Part shown: piece by piece, positions 48,658 through 59,211 of the stretch
Numbering within the stretch: the stretch's first letter is position 1
Layout of the letters: each line of letters starts with the position of its first letter
Assembly (NCBI GenBank): GCA_020350825.1
Contig: CP070724.1
Span: 1,185,602-1,249,601, forward strand
Direction of reading: 5' to 3'
Origin: Thermoplasmatales archaeon
Lineage (GTDB): Archaea; Thermoplasmatota; E2; DHVEG-1
DNA length: 64,000 bases
Program-made: the position numbers and the translations under genes
Notes under the pieces: model-generated
What the model saw: only the letters and a program-made list of their open reading frames with translations
Databases searched by the model: none
What the model was told of the DNA's origin: nothing

Positions 48658-51148
48658 CACCTCCCCCATCACCTTCAGGCATCTTACCAAATTGCTGGAG
48701 GAATTGCTGAATAAGTTCACTTTCTCGCTTTGTGTACATTGGGTCAGGCTCAAACCAGAAATATTTTGCTTTAGTTTCTGAGTTCAGCTTCTCCTGCAAG
48801 TCGTTCTGTAAGTTTTGGGAACCTTTTATTACAATAATCACCTTATTTTCATCACGTAGTTGATAGACTCCCTCCACTGCTGGAACCTCAGCAATGTTAT
48901 CGGAATTTAGTTCCATCCACTTGTCAGGTGGAAATGTAACAGGCAATATATGCAAGCGCAAGTCACACCTTAAACATCGCAAAGCTTCCTGTTTAGCCTG
49001 GTTTTCATTATAACAATTTTCTACCATTTCAAAATTTTCAATTCTAACTTTAGGATTAATTTTTGGAGTATCGACACGATCCAAAGCTGCAAAACCCTCT
49101 ACCTTACCAATATTATTTTCTAGTTCTAAGGGCACTATAAGCGTTGGATAGATATCTCCATTGCCACCAAGGTATTTATCAATAGCAGCGGCAGCAGATG
49201 CCCCGTCAGCTACAGCTTCAACCACAGAAGCAGGACCTCTAGCAACCTCACCACCAGCAAAAACTCCTTTTAAATTAGTTTGTAGATCTTTATTAACTGA
49301 AATTGTCTCATTTTTTACATCTATATTCTTAATCCAAGAAAGATCTGAGCTTTGACCAATAGCTAGTATCACCTTATCTGTATCAATTTTTTTTGTTTCA
49401 CAAGTATCAAACTTAGGAGCAAACTTACCACTTTTATCAAAAACAGAAGTGCATTTGATTAGTTCAATTCCTGTAACTTTCCCATCTTTACCTAAAATCT
49501 TATTAGGACCCCAAGATGGATGCATTATTACTCCTTCATCCTGTGCATCTTTTATTTCCCAATCATGAGCAGGCATCTCTTCATCACATTCAAGACAAGC
49601 AAGCTGAACTTCATCAGCACCCAATCGGATAGCGGATCTTGCAACATCCATTGCTACATTTCCACCTCCAATAACTACAAGCCGACCATCCATTGTTGTC
49701 ACTTTCTTCTTTTTTACATCCCTCAAAAAATCAAGGCCCCATTCTACACCTTTCAGTTCAGAGCCTTCTACAGTTATTTTCTTGCTAAGTCTTGCACCAG
49801 TTGCTATGAAGATAGCCTGGAAATCTTTTTGAAGATCAGAAATAGTTATTTCTTTTCCAATAGGAGTATTTGTTTTGAATTCTACCTTCAATTTATCAAA
49901 AATCTCTAAATCACTATCGATAATTTCAGGACTCAGACGATAACCGGGTAACGCGTATCTCAGCATACCGCCAATTTTATCTTCAGCCTCAAAGACAGTT
50001 ACACTATGACTAGACAAAGCAAGGTAATAAGCTGCCGAGAGACCTGATGGTCCACTTCCTAGTATTGCAACCTTTTTTCCAGTTGATTTTTTAGCTTCCA
50101 ACTTAATAGAACTATCGCTATTATCAGATGCAAACCATTTCAATGCACATATGGCCATTGGCTGATTTAGTTCACCTCTACGACATTCATCCTCACAGGG
50201 ATGAAAACATACTCGTCCAAGTATTCCCGGAAACGGTATTTTTTCTTTTATGACGGCTAATGCTTCGCTATACTTTCCCTCATTTATGAGATTAATATAT
50301 CTTGGTATATCTGCACCTGCCGGACAATTTGAGATACATGGAACTAAAACCTCTTCTTTATCACCACTTGGTAGGTCCTTGTCTGTAAGAGTGCCAGTAG
50401 GGCAGACTTCAACACATGCACCACAGAATCTGCAGTCAGATTCGTTATATTTAGCACCCTCAGTAAGTCCCACAATAATTTTATCTTTGTTAAAAACAAA
50501 ACCTAAAGCTTCAACACCTCTTAATTCACAGCAAGCTCTTACACATCTTAAACATGATACACAAAAGTTATAATCGCTTTCGAAAAGCGGTTCGCCTTTA
50601 TGCTTTGGAAGATCCTTAAATATGTATTTGGTTAGATCCTGTCTTATGCCAATATATTGCACAATTTTCTGCAATTCGCAAAAACCCAGCAAAGGACAGC
50701 ATCGCTCATCTTCAGGAACATTGGTTGAGCATTGCGTTCTTGAACATCCATCCTGTTGAGCACATTGAAGACAGGCATGAGGATGATCTCTAAGATGTTC
50801 TGCGAGGTTATCCCTCCGTGCCTCCTTTACTGCATCAGTTTCAGAATCAACTTCCATTCCTTCTTTTATAACAGTATCACAGGAGGTTATCAAATCCTTT
50901 TGACCTTTTATTTCAACAAGACAAAGTCGGCAACCTGGAAATCCATCTTCAGGTCCAGAGCCATCGTTCTTATACTCACCGTCTTCCCGATATATTGTAT
51001 CAACTGGCTTTTGACTATGTGAGCTACCTAAACTGGGATGATAACAGAGTCTGGGAATATAGATATCATTGAGTTGAGCTGCTTCTAAAATTGTCATCCC
51101 TTCTTCAGCCTTAACCTGGTTATCGTTGATCTTTATAGTAACACTCAT
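48635..51148 (-). CDS. bzdV: NAD(P)H:ferredoxin oxidoreductase, BzdV-like (2Fe-2S, 4Fe-4S and GltD-like FAD domains)
   Basis: IPRLC..CRLC, CVSCLRCVRAC, CRFCGACVEVCP, GRVCFHPCE..C, GSGPSG, GGGNVAMD, RCLRC; downstream of bzdM. Confidence 0.8.
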   Translation of the reverse strand: MSVTIKINDNQVKAEEGMTILEAAQLNDIYIPRLCYHPSLGSSHSQKPVDTIYREDGEYKNDGSGPEDGFPGCRLCLVEIKGQKDLITSCDTVIKEGMEVDSETDAVKEARRDNLAEHLRDHPHACLQCAQQDGCSRTQCSTNVPEDERCCPLLGFCELQKIVQYIGIRQDLTKYIFKDLPKHKGEPLFESDYNFCVSCLRCVRACCELRGVEALGFVFNKDKIIVGLTEGAKYNESDCRFCGACVEVCPTGTLTDKDLPSGDKEEVLVPCISNCPAGADIPRYINLINEGKYSEALAVIKEKIPFPGILGRVCFHPCEDECRRGELNQPMAICALKWFASDNSDSSIKLEAKKSTGKKVAILGSGPSGLSAAYYLALSSHSVTVFEAEDKIGGMLRYALPGYRLSPEIIDSDLEIFDKLKVEFKTNTPIGKEITISDLQKDFQAIFIATGARLSKKITVEGSELKGVEWGLDFLRDVKKKKVTTMDGRLVVIGGGNVAMDVARSAIRLGADEVQLACLECDEEMPAHDWEIKDAQDEGVIMHPSWGPNKILGKDGKVTGIELIKCTSVFDKSGKFAPKFDTCETKKIDTDKVILAIGQSSDLSWIKNIDVKNETISVNKDLQTNLKGVFAGGEVARGPASVVEAVADGASAAAAIDKYLGGNGDIYPTLIVPLELENNIGKVEGFAALDRVDTPKINPKVRIENFEMVENCYNENQAKQEALRCLRCDLRLHILPVTFPPDKWMELNSDNIAEVPAVEGVYQLRDENKVIIVIKGSQNLQNDLQEKLNSETKAKYFWFEPDPMYTKRESELIQQFLQQFGKMPEGDGGGDDLGDLF

Positions 51149-51192
51149 ACTATCCCTTTTTCAATTAAAATTGGAGAAATGTCTCAGCAATC

Positions 51193-51480
51193 TCACCAAG
51201 AATGGGAGATTGCATCTTGTTTACATGCTGCCATACATGGTAAAGATGGCCTGTTAGTCATTGGTTTACAGGGAGCACATGTATATTTTATCTTTTTTCG
51301 TTCTGCTTCTGTTACAAATGCAACTTCTTCATCAGATAAAGGATCGTTTTCATCAGGTCCTACATCTAATACTCTATAAGGGCAAGCACTTATACAATCC
51401 TTACATCCATTGCATTTTTCTGTATCAATTGCAATAAAGTAGTCTCCAGAGCCGTCCTTATATCCGTAATTTGCTATCAT
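51193..51480 (-). CDS. bzdM: Benzoyl-CoA reductase-associated ferredoxin
   Basis: MIANYGYKDGSGDYFIAIDTEKCNGCKDCISACP...CAPC...PCMAAC...HSW. Confidence 0.82.
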   Translation of the reverse strand: MIANYGYKDGSGDYFIAIDTEKCNGCKDCISACPYRVLDVGPDENDPLSDEEVAFVTEAERKKIKYTCAPCKPMTNRPSLPCMAACKQDAISHSW

Positions 51481-51495
51481 ATAAATAACTCCAAT

Positions 51496-52365
51496 CTATT
51501 TTTTACCCTTCTCAAGGAGTGCTTTTGCAAAGAGAGCTGCACCAATGGCACCTGCAAGCTGTGTATCGTAATCGGTCTTCATTATTGGTATTCCAACTTC
51601 TTTTTCAAGTCGTGTAACAACACCCCTATTCTTTGCAATTCCTCCAGTTATTGCAAAGTCTTCTTCGACTCCAATTCGCTCGAGAAGCGTCATTATTCTA
51701 TGTGCCATAGCAGAACAGTAGGCTGCTAATACCTTATTTTTCGGCCAGCCTTCTCTAAGCAGACCAGTTGCCTCAGTCTTTGCATATACAACACAGGTAC
51801 TACTAACAGGTTGAGGTTCCTTTTCTACCTTAAGTGAAAGATCTCCAACATCATTAATAGATACGCCCAAAAGATCAGCAAATACTTCCATACCCCGACC
51901 AGTTCCTGCTGCACATTTATCATTCATTAGAAAATTTGTAACTTTTCCACGTTCATCACAGTGAATTGCCTTACAATCCTGACCACCCATATCTAAAATT
52001 GTTCTAACAGACGATCCATACATGAAATTACCACCACGGGCATGACATGCAATTTCAGTAATTGCACGTTGACTGAAAGGAACATTTACTCTCCCATATC
52101 CAGTACCAACAGTATATTTAATGTCCTCAAGTTTGAGACCTGTATCTTCCATTGCCCAGTTTACAGCTTTCATAGCAGAGTCTGGACTATCTGAACCAGT
52201 TCTCATATTTGAGTAAGTATATAGCTCACCATCAGCAAGAATAACTGCCTGCGAACTAACAGAACCTACATCTATTCCAGAAGTAATTACCTTACCCTTC
52301 CAATCTAATTTAGGATTAGTCCAACGCGATTCAGTCCATCTCCAAAGCTCTTTTTTTTCTGCCAT
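51496..52365 (-). CDS. bzdQ: Benzoyl-CoA reductase (Bzd-type) subunit Q, ATPase
   Basis: WRW.E..W, GIDVGSVSSQAV, MRTGSDSPDSA, DMGGQDCK, MNDKCAAGTGRG, STCVV. Confidence 0.9.
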   Translation of the reverse strand: MAEKKELWRWTESRWTNPKLDWKGKVITSGIDVGSVSSQAVILADGELYTYSNMRTGSDSPDSAMKAVNWAMEDTGLKLEDIKYTVGTGYGRVNVPFSQRAITEIACHARGGNFMYGSSVRTILDMGGQDCKAIHCDERGKVTNFLMNDKCAAGTGRGMEVFADLLGVSINDVGDLSLKVEKEPQPVSSTCVVYAKTEATGLLREGWPKNKVLAAYCSAMAHRIMTLLERIGVEEDFAITGGIAKNRGVVTRLEKEVGIPIMKTDYDTQLAGAIGAALFAKALLEKGKK

Positions 52366-52366
52366 A

Positions 52367-53146
52367 TTATTTACCTCCTATCCAGCCAGCTGCTGCAAGA
52401 GCTGCACCCAAAGCTCCTACGAACTCAGGTTCCTTTGGTACAACGACTTTTAATCCTAGATCTTTATTAAGAGAACCAACAAAACCAATGTTATTTGCAA
52501 CACCGCCCACTAGCACCACATCTTTATTGAATCCAATTTTTCTAACCATTGATGTGATTCTACTGGCCATCGCATCGTGAACTGCTTTTGCCATATTTGC
52601 CTTTGACACATTGTTATGAACCATTGTTACAACCTCTGATTCTGCAAAAACAGTACACTGTGCATTCATTGGAATATCCTCAGTTGCTTTCAAAGATAGA
52701 TCGCCTAAATCTTCAAGTTTTACTTCAAGTGCTCGAGACATCGCTTCAGTGAACGCACCAGCTCCTGCTGCACATTTTTCATTGACTTCAAAATCAAGAA
52801 TTTTTCCAGTCTCGTCACATCTCATTCCCCGTCCTTCTTCAGCACCTACATCTATCACACTTCTGGCTGCAGGGTGAAGATATACAGCCCCAAGTGAGTC
52901 ACAACCTACAACAGATTTGGTTTCATCATAAAAGGGAGCAAGTTTCTCACCCGCCCCAGTAGATATCACTTTATCAAGATTATCTTTTGTAATGCCTGCA
53001 TCTTTAAGAGCATTATCAACAGCTTTTTGAGCGCTTTTATCTACTTCAAATCCAGCAAGAACATTTGATTTTGCAATGATTTTATTATCTTTCAAAATTA
53101 CAACTTTAATGAATTTTGCTCCTAAATCAATACCCATAGTTATCAT
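52367..53146 (-). CDS. bzdP: Benzoyl-CoA reductase (Bzd-type) subunit P, ATPase
   Basis: GIDLG, IDVGAEEGR, NEKCAAGAGAFTE, MNAQCTVFAESE. Confidence 0.9.
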   Translation of the reverse strand: MITMGIDLGAKFIKVVILKDNKIIAKSNVLAGFEVDKSAQKAVDNALKDAGITKDNLDKVISTGAGEKLAPFYDETKSVVGCDSLGAVYLHPAARSVIDVGAEEGRGMRCDETGKILDFEVNEKCAAGAGAFTEAMSRALEVKLEDLGDLSLKATEDIPMNAQCTVFAESEVVTMVHNNVSKANMAKAVHDAMASRITSMVRKIGFNKDVVLVGGVANNIGFVGSLNKDLGLKVVVPKEPEFVGALGAALAAAGWIGGK

Positions 53147-53160
53147 ATTTTTACTCTCCT

Positions 53161-54501
53161 TCATTTCGCTCCAAGAGTCTCCATAAAAGCATTAATTTTT
53201 GCCTTAGTTCTAGCTTCATCAAACTCTCTTTCATCAGCATTATTTCCTTCAAAAGCCATAACCGGAAAACCAGCATCAAGAAGAGCAAGTCTATTCTCAG
53301 CAATCCCAACAGTCAATCCTTCACAACCTCTGTTGTAATGAAGCATCACACCGCTCAATTTCCACTCTTTAGCAATTCTTATCATCAAGTCGCTTTTGAA
53401 GTGGCATGAGTAGAAATGTTGCCATTCAGGTTTATGTAATTCATATTTTACATACTCGTAGAGCGCCTGATCCCTACTTGAAAATTCCATGTTAGGGATA
53501 GTCTTTGCACCCCAAGTGCCATCCTTTTTTACCTCCCATTGACCGATAAGACCGAATGTGTATAAGGAACCAATGCTTACACATCCAAATTTTTCAAGAT
53601 AACGGAAGATACTAAGAAAACTCCATGGCGGTTGTGTATCTGACATTACTCTAAAACTTTCATTTGGAACTGCTGCAATACCTCGTTTAACTCTATCTTG
53701 TACCTCTGGGAGAAGATCTTTTTCATAAAAATCTGCTACTTGTTTTCCAGCTTTTTGAAGTGTTCCAAGTACATACAATGAATAAATAGATTTTTCATCT
53801 AGTGGTGCAGGTATTGCTTTATTCAATGCACAAGCCTCCGCCCATTTCGATGTTGAAACAAAATGGTTACGAATTGCTTTATATAAAAGCTCATCATCGT
53901 AATCTCTTTTAGTTGTCTTTTCTAAGAATTTTATACCGTCCTTTAACTGTTCAACGACATACTTGATTTTGCTGTCGGTAAGCTCATGAGACGGCCCAAC
54001 AGCATTATCAACTGTATACATTGGAATTCCACCTTCAAGATCTGATACTACCTGGTACCATTTAGCATGTGAACAGCAGATATGATCCTGCCAGATAAAA
54101 TCAGGTTTCGGAAATCCTATAGGTTTTGCACCCTGGAATCTTGGGACAAACTCTCCATCCTTATATCCAAATGCAAACTTATCAGTAATAATGGAGCCCC
54201 AGTAATTTCGCATATAAGAGCAAAGATCCCGTGGATAACCTTTTACCTCTGTTGCTTCCATACATTCTAACGAGAGTTTCTTATCAAATGCAATTGTCGC
54301 GCTATAAGGTTCACTTGTAATTGGATAAACATCATCACCAAGACCAGCAGGAATCGCATCAAACGTCCATGCACCACCAGCCCATCGAAGTCCACCTTTA
54401 TCATGGGCTTCTACATAGTCCTGATAAAATTTCATTCGGATATCTTTTGCTTTTTGCCAGCATTTCAATTTCTCTGTTGGATATTTTGCCTCTTGTTCCA
54501 T
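53161..54501 (-). CDS. bzdO: Benzoyl-CoA reductase (Bzd-type) subunit O
   Basis: [54 protein letters not shown]. Confidence 0.9.
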   Translation of the reverse strand: MEQEAKYPTEKLKCWQKAKDIRMKFYQDYVEAHDKGGLRWAGGAWTFDAIPAGLGDDVYPITSEPYSATIAFDKKLSLECMEATEVKGYPRDLCSYMRNYWGSIITDKFAFGYKDGEFVPRFQGAKPIGFPKPDFIWQDHICCSHAKWYQVVSDLEGGIPMYTVDNAVGPSHELTDSKIKYVVEQLKDGIKFLEKTTKRDYDDELLYKAIRNHFVSTSKWAEACALNKAIPAPLDEKSIYSLYVLGTLQKAGKQVADFYEKDLLPEVQDRVKRGIAAVPNESFRVMSDTQPPWSFLSIFRYLEKFGCVSIGSLYTFGLIGQWEVKKDGTWGAKTIPNMEFSSRDQALYEYVKYELHKPEWQHFYSCHFKSDLMIRIAKEWKLSGVMLHYNRGCEGLTVGIAENRLALLDAGFPVMAFEGNNADEREFDEARTKAKINAFMETLGAK

Positions 54502-54512
54502 TTTTTTACCTC

Positions 54513-55643
54513 CTAGAATAAATCCTCCTCACCAATCATTTCAAGAAATGCTTCAACACGAATTTTAAACTGACCAATCGGAACTGTCACATCAAACTCT
54601 AAAAACAGAGTAGGTACTCCAGCATCTTCCAGTGCTTTCTTTATTGATACAAACTCAAGTTCATGTGGATCACAGAACTTTTGTTGCATTATGATAGCAC
54701 CATCTACATTCCAATCTTTACATAGTTTCAAAATATGTGGGATTCTTTTTCTCTCTTCCCAGTCCTTCGTAGGACAAGGGATTCTATCAATATACCTTGA
54801 TGCAATAGAAGAAAGCAGATCTTTCCCGTTTTCAACTTCATTCCAGAAGTATCTAGAACCTGTACAATGATCATCAATTACAAAAGTTGCTCCACAACTC
54901 TCAACCATGTTCATAAAAACAGTATCATCATCCTCAGATCCAAGAATCATCAATCGGCTACCAGTCTCCCTATCAGGCGTATGATTTTCTAGTTTTTTCA
55001 GAAGATCCTTCAACATCTTATTATGTTCAGCTTTATCCGTCATCTGCATAGCCATTACAACTTCCATGACCTGCTCACCGGTAATTGGTGGTATATCGCG
55101 TTTCCTTAATTCATAGAGCTTTCTCATTAAACGACGGTTCTCATTGTAGACCTCAATAGCGTTTTTTAAATCTTTATCAGTGATTTTCTTACCCATCCAA
55201 TCTTCAACTTCATTTTTGAAAGTCTTGTATTCCTCAGTCAGGAACTCATATGCATGCGGACTCTGAACCTTATGAGGCATACATAGGAATTTACTAAACT
55301 CTACAGGTCTGTGTTTAATCCAACTAGTATAAGCCTGTCTAATATGAAGACAGGACTGGGCTATCATTAGACCATCAAGATATTTATATCTGTTTTTTAG
55401 TCCCTGGGCAAGACAGTCTCTACAAAATGGACAGAACATAGCAAAAATATGAGGTTCAGTCAAATCCTGTGGCTCATGACTACCTAAAATACGCACAGGC
55501 AGAACGCCAGCAGCGTATAATATTTCTTCAGGTACATAGGTACAAAAATAACCCATTACTTTGCCATTATTCTTTTCTTTCCATTCTTTTGCATAATCAT
55601 GTCTATTTTTTTCCCAATCTTTGAATTGTTCAATTAGTTCTAT
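54513..55643 (-). CDS. bzdN: Benzoyl-CoA reductase (Bzd-type) subunit N; inferred ATA start at 55643 (track ATG at 55556)
   Basis: [37 protein letters not shown]; frame extends upstream as [22 protein letters not shown]. Confidence 0.88.
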   Translation of the reverse strand: MELIEQFKDWEKNRHDYAKEWKEKNNGKVMGYFCTYVPEEILYAAGVLPVRILGSHEPQDLTEPHIFAMFCPFCRDCLAQGLKNRYKYLDGLMIAQSCLHIRQAYTSWIKHRPVEFSKFLCMPHKVQSPHAYEFLTEEYKTFKNEVEDWMGKKITDKDLKNAIEVYNENRRLMRKLYELRKRDIPPITGEQVMEVVMAMQMTDKAEHNKMLKDLLKKLENHTPDRETGSRLMILGSEDDDTVFMNMVESCGATFVIDDHCTGSRYFWNEVENGKDLLSSIASRYIDRIPCPTKDWEERKRIPHILKLCKDWNVDGAIIMQQKFCDPHELEFVSIKKALEDAGVPTLFLEFDVTVPIGQFKIRVEAFLEMIGEEDLF

Positions 55644-55658
55644 ATTACAACCCCCTTT

Positions 55659-56108
55659 TCATTTTGATTTATATACTAGATTTATGAAACTACTTTTATC
55701 AAATCCTACGGACTTGAAAAAAGCTATTAAATCTCCACTATCCCATTCTACAGTTGTATGCACTTCTTTTATTCCTTCATCTTTGAAATAGCAAATCAAA
55801 GCTTCCCCAAGAGTCTTACCTATTCCTTTCCCCATGAGTTTAGGATCAACCTCTATCATCTCGATCCAACCTGACCGTTCTACACCGAATCCCCATTCTT
55901 TTATACAACCAACTATAAAACCTGCAACCTTGTTATCCTTTTCCGCTACAATACACGTTTTAGGACTCTTTTTGATGAAGGACATAAATAGGTCCTCAAT
56001 TTCATAATCCATACCTTGACCCAGTCCTTCTCTAATAACTTTTCGATGAATGTTGGCTGCCTGACTAATATCCTTCTCCTTCATTGGTCTTATGGTGATA
56101 TCTTTCAT
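55659..56108 (-). CDS. GNAT family N-acetyltransferase
   Basis: IRPM, VAGF, VDPKLMGKGIG, FFKSVGF. Confidence 0.88.
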   Translation of the reverse strand: MKDITIRPMKEKDISQAANIHRKVIREGLGQGMDYEIEDLFMSFIKKSPKTCIVAEKDNKVAGFIVGCIKEWGFGVERSGWIEMIEVDPKLMGKGIGKTLGEALICYFKDEGIKEVHTTVEWDSGDLIAFFKSVGFDKSSFINLVYKSK

Positions 56109-56123
56109 ATTAACACCTAAACC

Positions 56124-56261
56124 TTAATCAACCCTGATGATTTTGACCTTTTTTTCAATCCAATCTGGAGGAAGATAAATGCGACCGCTATTGCCGCACT
56201 TCTTTACAATCTTCTCGATCATCTCTTGACCATAGACTTCAAACTTTGTTGGATTGTCCAT
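56124..56261 (-). CDS. DUF2080-family small AbrB-like protein (not in ORF track)
   Basis: MDNPTKFEVYGQEMIEKIVKKCGNSGRIYLPPDWIEKKVKIIRVD; RBS GAGGT. Confidence 0.85.
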   Translation of the reverse strand: MDNPTKFEVYGQEMIEKIVKKCGNSGRIYLPPDWIEKKVKIIRVD

Positions 56262-56270
56262 AATAACCTC

Positions 56271-56287
56271 TAGCTACATTGTAGCTA
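56271..56287. promoter_or_regulatory. Perfect palindrome, putative operator of the DUF2080-GNAT-bzd operon
   Basis: TAGCTACA-T-TGTAGCTA between the minus-strand TATA (TTATAAAT near 56309-56316) and the RBS. Confidence 0.6.
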
Positions 56288-56439
56288 TATTATAGTTATA
56301 ATATTTTAATTTATAAGGTTTTTGCCACAATATGTTGTTACCATGCTGCTTTTTACATTTATACATCATCCTTCGAAAAACATTTATGCCACCTTATTAT
56401 ACCTCCCTTCAACCCTGTTATATTAATGGAGATATCGGC

Positions 56440-58230
56440 ATGTTAACACTTGGTGAAACTTTAGACAGATCTGCGATAGCATTTCCAGATAAAGAAGTAA
56501 TTTGTTTCCTAAGCAAAGACGATAAGAGGATTACATATGCAGAGCTAAATGAGAGAGTAAACCGTCTAGCTGGTGGCCTGGTAAAGTTAGGAATTAAAGC
56601 AGGTGATAAAGTTGCCCTGTGGATGCCAAATCGTCCAGAATGGATAGTAACATTTTTTGCTGTTGCAAGAATAGGCGCTGTACTAGTTCCTATGGATACA
56701 TGGTATAAATCCTCAGAGGCAGAATACATACTAAACCATTCAGATTCTGTTGCAGTAATCACCCTTAAGAAGTTTGGCAAGAGTGAGTTTATTAATATGC
56801 TAAGCGAGGTAAGACCAAGACTCCCAAAGCTCAAGCATATTATCGTTGTCGATGAAGTTGTTGAAAACACTGTTTTATATCAATCAGTAATAGGGATGGG
56901 TAACGACTGGAGAGAGAATCAAGAGTATACAGATCGACGTTTTCAGAACGATCTCGATAATGTAGTATTCATCGTCTATACCAGTGGTACTACTGGGAAA
57001 CCAAAAGGAGCCATGCTCAGTCACATGAATATCGTCGCAAATGCAAAGGATGCGGCATCTATTATGCAGGTAAACCATAAGGACCGATTTCTTGTTCCAG
57101 TTCCTTTCTCACACCTTTTTGGTTGCGTTTTAGGCATAGCTTTTACTATTGTTCATGGAGCAAGTATTGTTGTCATGGAGACCTTTGGACCTGAGGATGT
57201 ACTGAAAGCAATCGAGAAAGAAAAGTGTACTGTATGTCATGGGGTCCCAACGATGTTTATCCGTGAATTAGAGGTACTGAGTGTAAGAAAATATGACGTG
57301 AGTTCTCTTCGCACAGGGATTATAGCTGGTGCTCCTTGTCCAGTAGATACAATGCATGGAATCATGAATGTTATGAAATGTAATATCTGCATTGGTTACG
57401 GATTAACAGAATGCAGCTTGGTCACATTAACCAGATTTGATGATATTCTTCAGCAGAGAGTAGAGACCGTGGGACGTGCATTACCAAATGTAGAGGTTAA
57501 AATCGTTGATGATGATCATAAACCAGTCCCCAAGGGAGAAACAGGTGAACTAGCATGTAAAGGCTACAACGTTATGAAAGGTTATTACAAAATGCCAGAA
57601 CAAACAGCGGAAGCAATAGATAAGAAAGGATGGCTTTACACAGGAGATTTAGCCACAGTTGATGAAAATAAATACTATAAGATTGTAGGACGAAAGAAGG
57701 ATATGGTTATTGTAGGAGGATTTAATGTCTATCCAAGGGAGATAGAAGAGTACTTGATATCTGATCCAAAGATTCAACAGGTCGCTGTATTAGGCGTTCC
57801 AGATCATGACATGGGCGAACTAATCGCTGTTGTTATTGTTCCTGAACTACGTGTCAAAATCACAGGACAAGAAATTGTTGACCTCTGCTATGGTAAAATG
57901 GCTAGTGCCAAAGTACCTAGATATGTATTCCTAGAAAAGGAGCTACCGATCAGCAGTAGAGGTAAAGTACAAAAATACAAACTTAGAAAAAAACTAGCTG
58001 AAAGGATCGAGAAAGAAAGAATAAAGAAGATTGTTCCTAGCGAAGTGAAGATGAAAAGGAAGAAGGATACATTGGAGACGGTGATAGATAAACTTATGGC
58101 AACTGGTAAATTCAATATAGAGCAAAAAGGTGAGATGGAAAAGTTTCTGTTATCACTTAACGAGGAGCAAGATAAGCTTTTTCAGAAGCTAGTTTTAGAT
58201 AAAAACAAGGTGTTGAAAATAAAAAAGTGA
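56440..58230 (+). CDS. AMP-forming acyl-CoA synthetase (ACSF2-like) with C-terminal extension
   Basis: YTSGTTGKPKG, GVPTMF, YGLTE, TGD, GRKKD, GKVQK. Confidence 0.92.
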   Translation: MLTLGETLDRSAIAFPDKEVICFLSKDDKRITYAELNERVNRLAGGLVKLGIKAGDKVALWMPNRPEWIVTFFAVARIGAVLVPMDTWYKSSEAEYILNHSDSVAVITLKKFGKSEFINMLSEVRPRLPKLKHIIVVDEVVENTVLYQSVIGMGNDWRENQEYTDRRFQNDLDNVVFIVYTSGTTGKPKGAMLSHMNIVANAKDAASIMQVNHKDRFLVPVPFSHLFGCVLGIAFTIVHGASIVVMETFGPEDVLKAIEKEKCTVCHGVPTMFIRELEVLSVRKYDVSSLRTGIIAGAPCPVDTMHGIMNVMKCNICIGYGLTECSLVTLTRFDDILQQRVETVGRALPNVEVKIVDDDHKPVPKGETGELACKGYNVMKGYYKMPEQTAEAIDKKGWLYTGDLATVDENKYYKIVGRKKDMVIVGGFNVYPREIEEYLISDPKIQQVAVLGVPDHDMGELIAVVIVPELRVKITGQEIVDLCYGKMASAKVPRYVFLEKELPISSRGKVQKYKLRKKLAERIEKERIKKIVPSEVKMKRKKDTLETVIDKLMATGKFNIEQKGEMEKFLLSLNEEQDKLFQKLVLDKNKVLKIKK

Positions 58231-58452
58231 GAGTTATTATAGGTTGTTGAGGACTACTGTTTTTTTCTCTTTAGTCATCCAATTATACATTAAATTACTA
58301 TCCACCACTGATTCACATACCTTCCTAACTTATTTTTATAAAGAAAGTACTTCTTTTTTCACCAAAAAGTAAAATAATAGTAGAATTACTATCGGTGCTC
58401 CATCAATTGTAAATAATTAAATATTCGGCCGACTACAAATGGAGGCTTTAAA

Positions 58453-59196
58453 ATGGAATTAAAAGGAAAATCTGCTATAGTAACAGGGGGAAGTATGGGA
58501 ATTGGCACAGCCATCGCAATTGCACTTGCTAGTGAAGGGTGCAATGTCGCAATCAATTACCGCAAACATGATACTGAGGCTAAAGAAGTAGCAAAAAAAA
58601 TTGAACAATTAGGTAAAAAATCTCTCGTTATAAAAGCCGATGTTGCGAGCCCTAACGATGCTGAGTTAATGTTCAAAAAAGTCATAAATGAATTTGGGGG
58701 ATTAGACATCCTAGTATGCAATGCTGGGATAAATAGAGATCGTGTTATTTGGAAGATGAGTGAAAAAGATTGGGACGATGTAATAAATATCAATCTTAAA
58801 GGATATTTCATCTATAATAAACTTGCGGCAGCACAGTTTAAAGGACAACTCTCAGGAAAAATTGTAAATATCACATCTATTAACGGTCTAAGAGGAAAAT
58901 TCGGGCAATGTAATTATTCAGCTTCAAAGGGTGGCATAATCGCTCTCACCAAAGCATTAGCTAGAGAGGTCGGTAAATTTAATGTCAATGTTAATGCCGT
59001 TGCACCTGGTATGGTTATGACTGAGATGGCTAAGAACATACCACCTGAATTCCTTCAAAAAGCAGTAGATGAAACTGTACTTGGCCGAATTGCAACAATA
59101 GAAGATATTGCAAATGTAGTTGTTTTTTTATGCAGTGAAAAGGCTAGGCACATCACTGGAGAAGTAATCAAAGTAGATGGTGGTCAATATATTTAG
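58453..59196 (+). CDS. Short-chain dehydrogenase/reductase (FabG/BzdZ-like)
   Basis: TGGSMGIG, NAG, YSASK, NAVAPG, DGG. Confidence 0.92.
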   Translation: MELKGKSAIVTGGSMGIGTAIAIALASEGCNVAINYRKHDTEAKEVAKKIEQLGKKSLVIKADVASPNDAELMFKKVINEFGGLDILVCNAGINRDRVIWKMSEKDWDDVININLKGYFIYNKLAAAQFKGQLSGKIVNITSINGLRGKFGQCNYSASKGGIIALTKALAREVGKFNVNVNAVAPGMVMTEMAKNIPPEFLQKAVDETVLGRIATIEDIANVVVFLCSEKARHITGEVIKVDGGQYI

Positions 59197-59211
59197 ATAG
59201 TTGGTGAAAAA

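Noticed and set aside
56124-56261. IS200/IS605 element implied by DUF2080
   Set aside because: No tnpA/tnpB or element ends nearby
32372-58415. Shared GTGCTC...TAAATA motif upstream of the dehydratase (32372) and SDR (58395) operons
   Set aside because: Short, spacing differs (11 vs 9 nt), and compatible with chance next to TATA boxes
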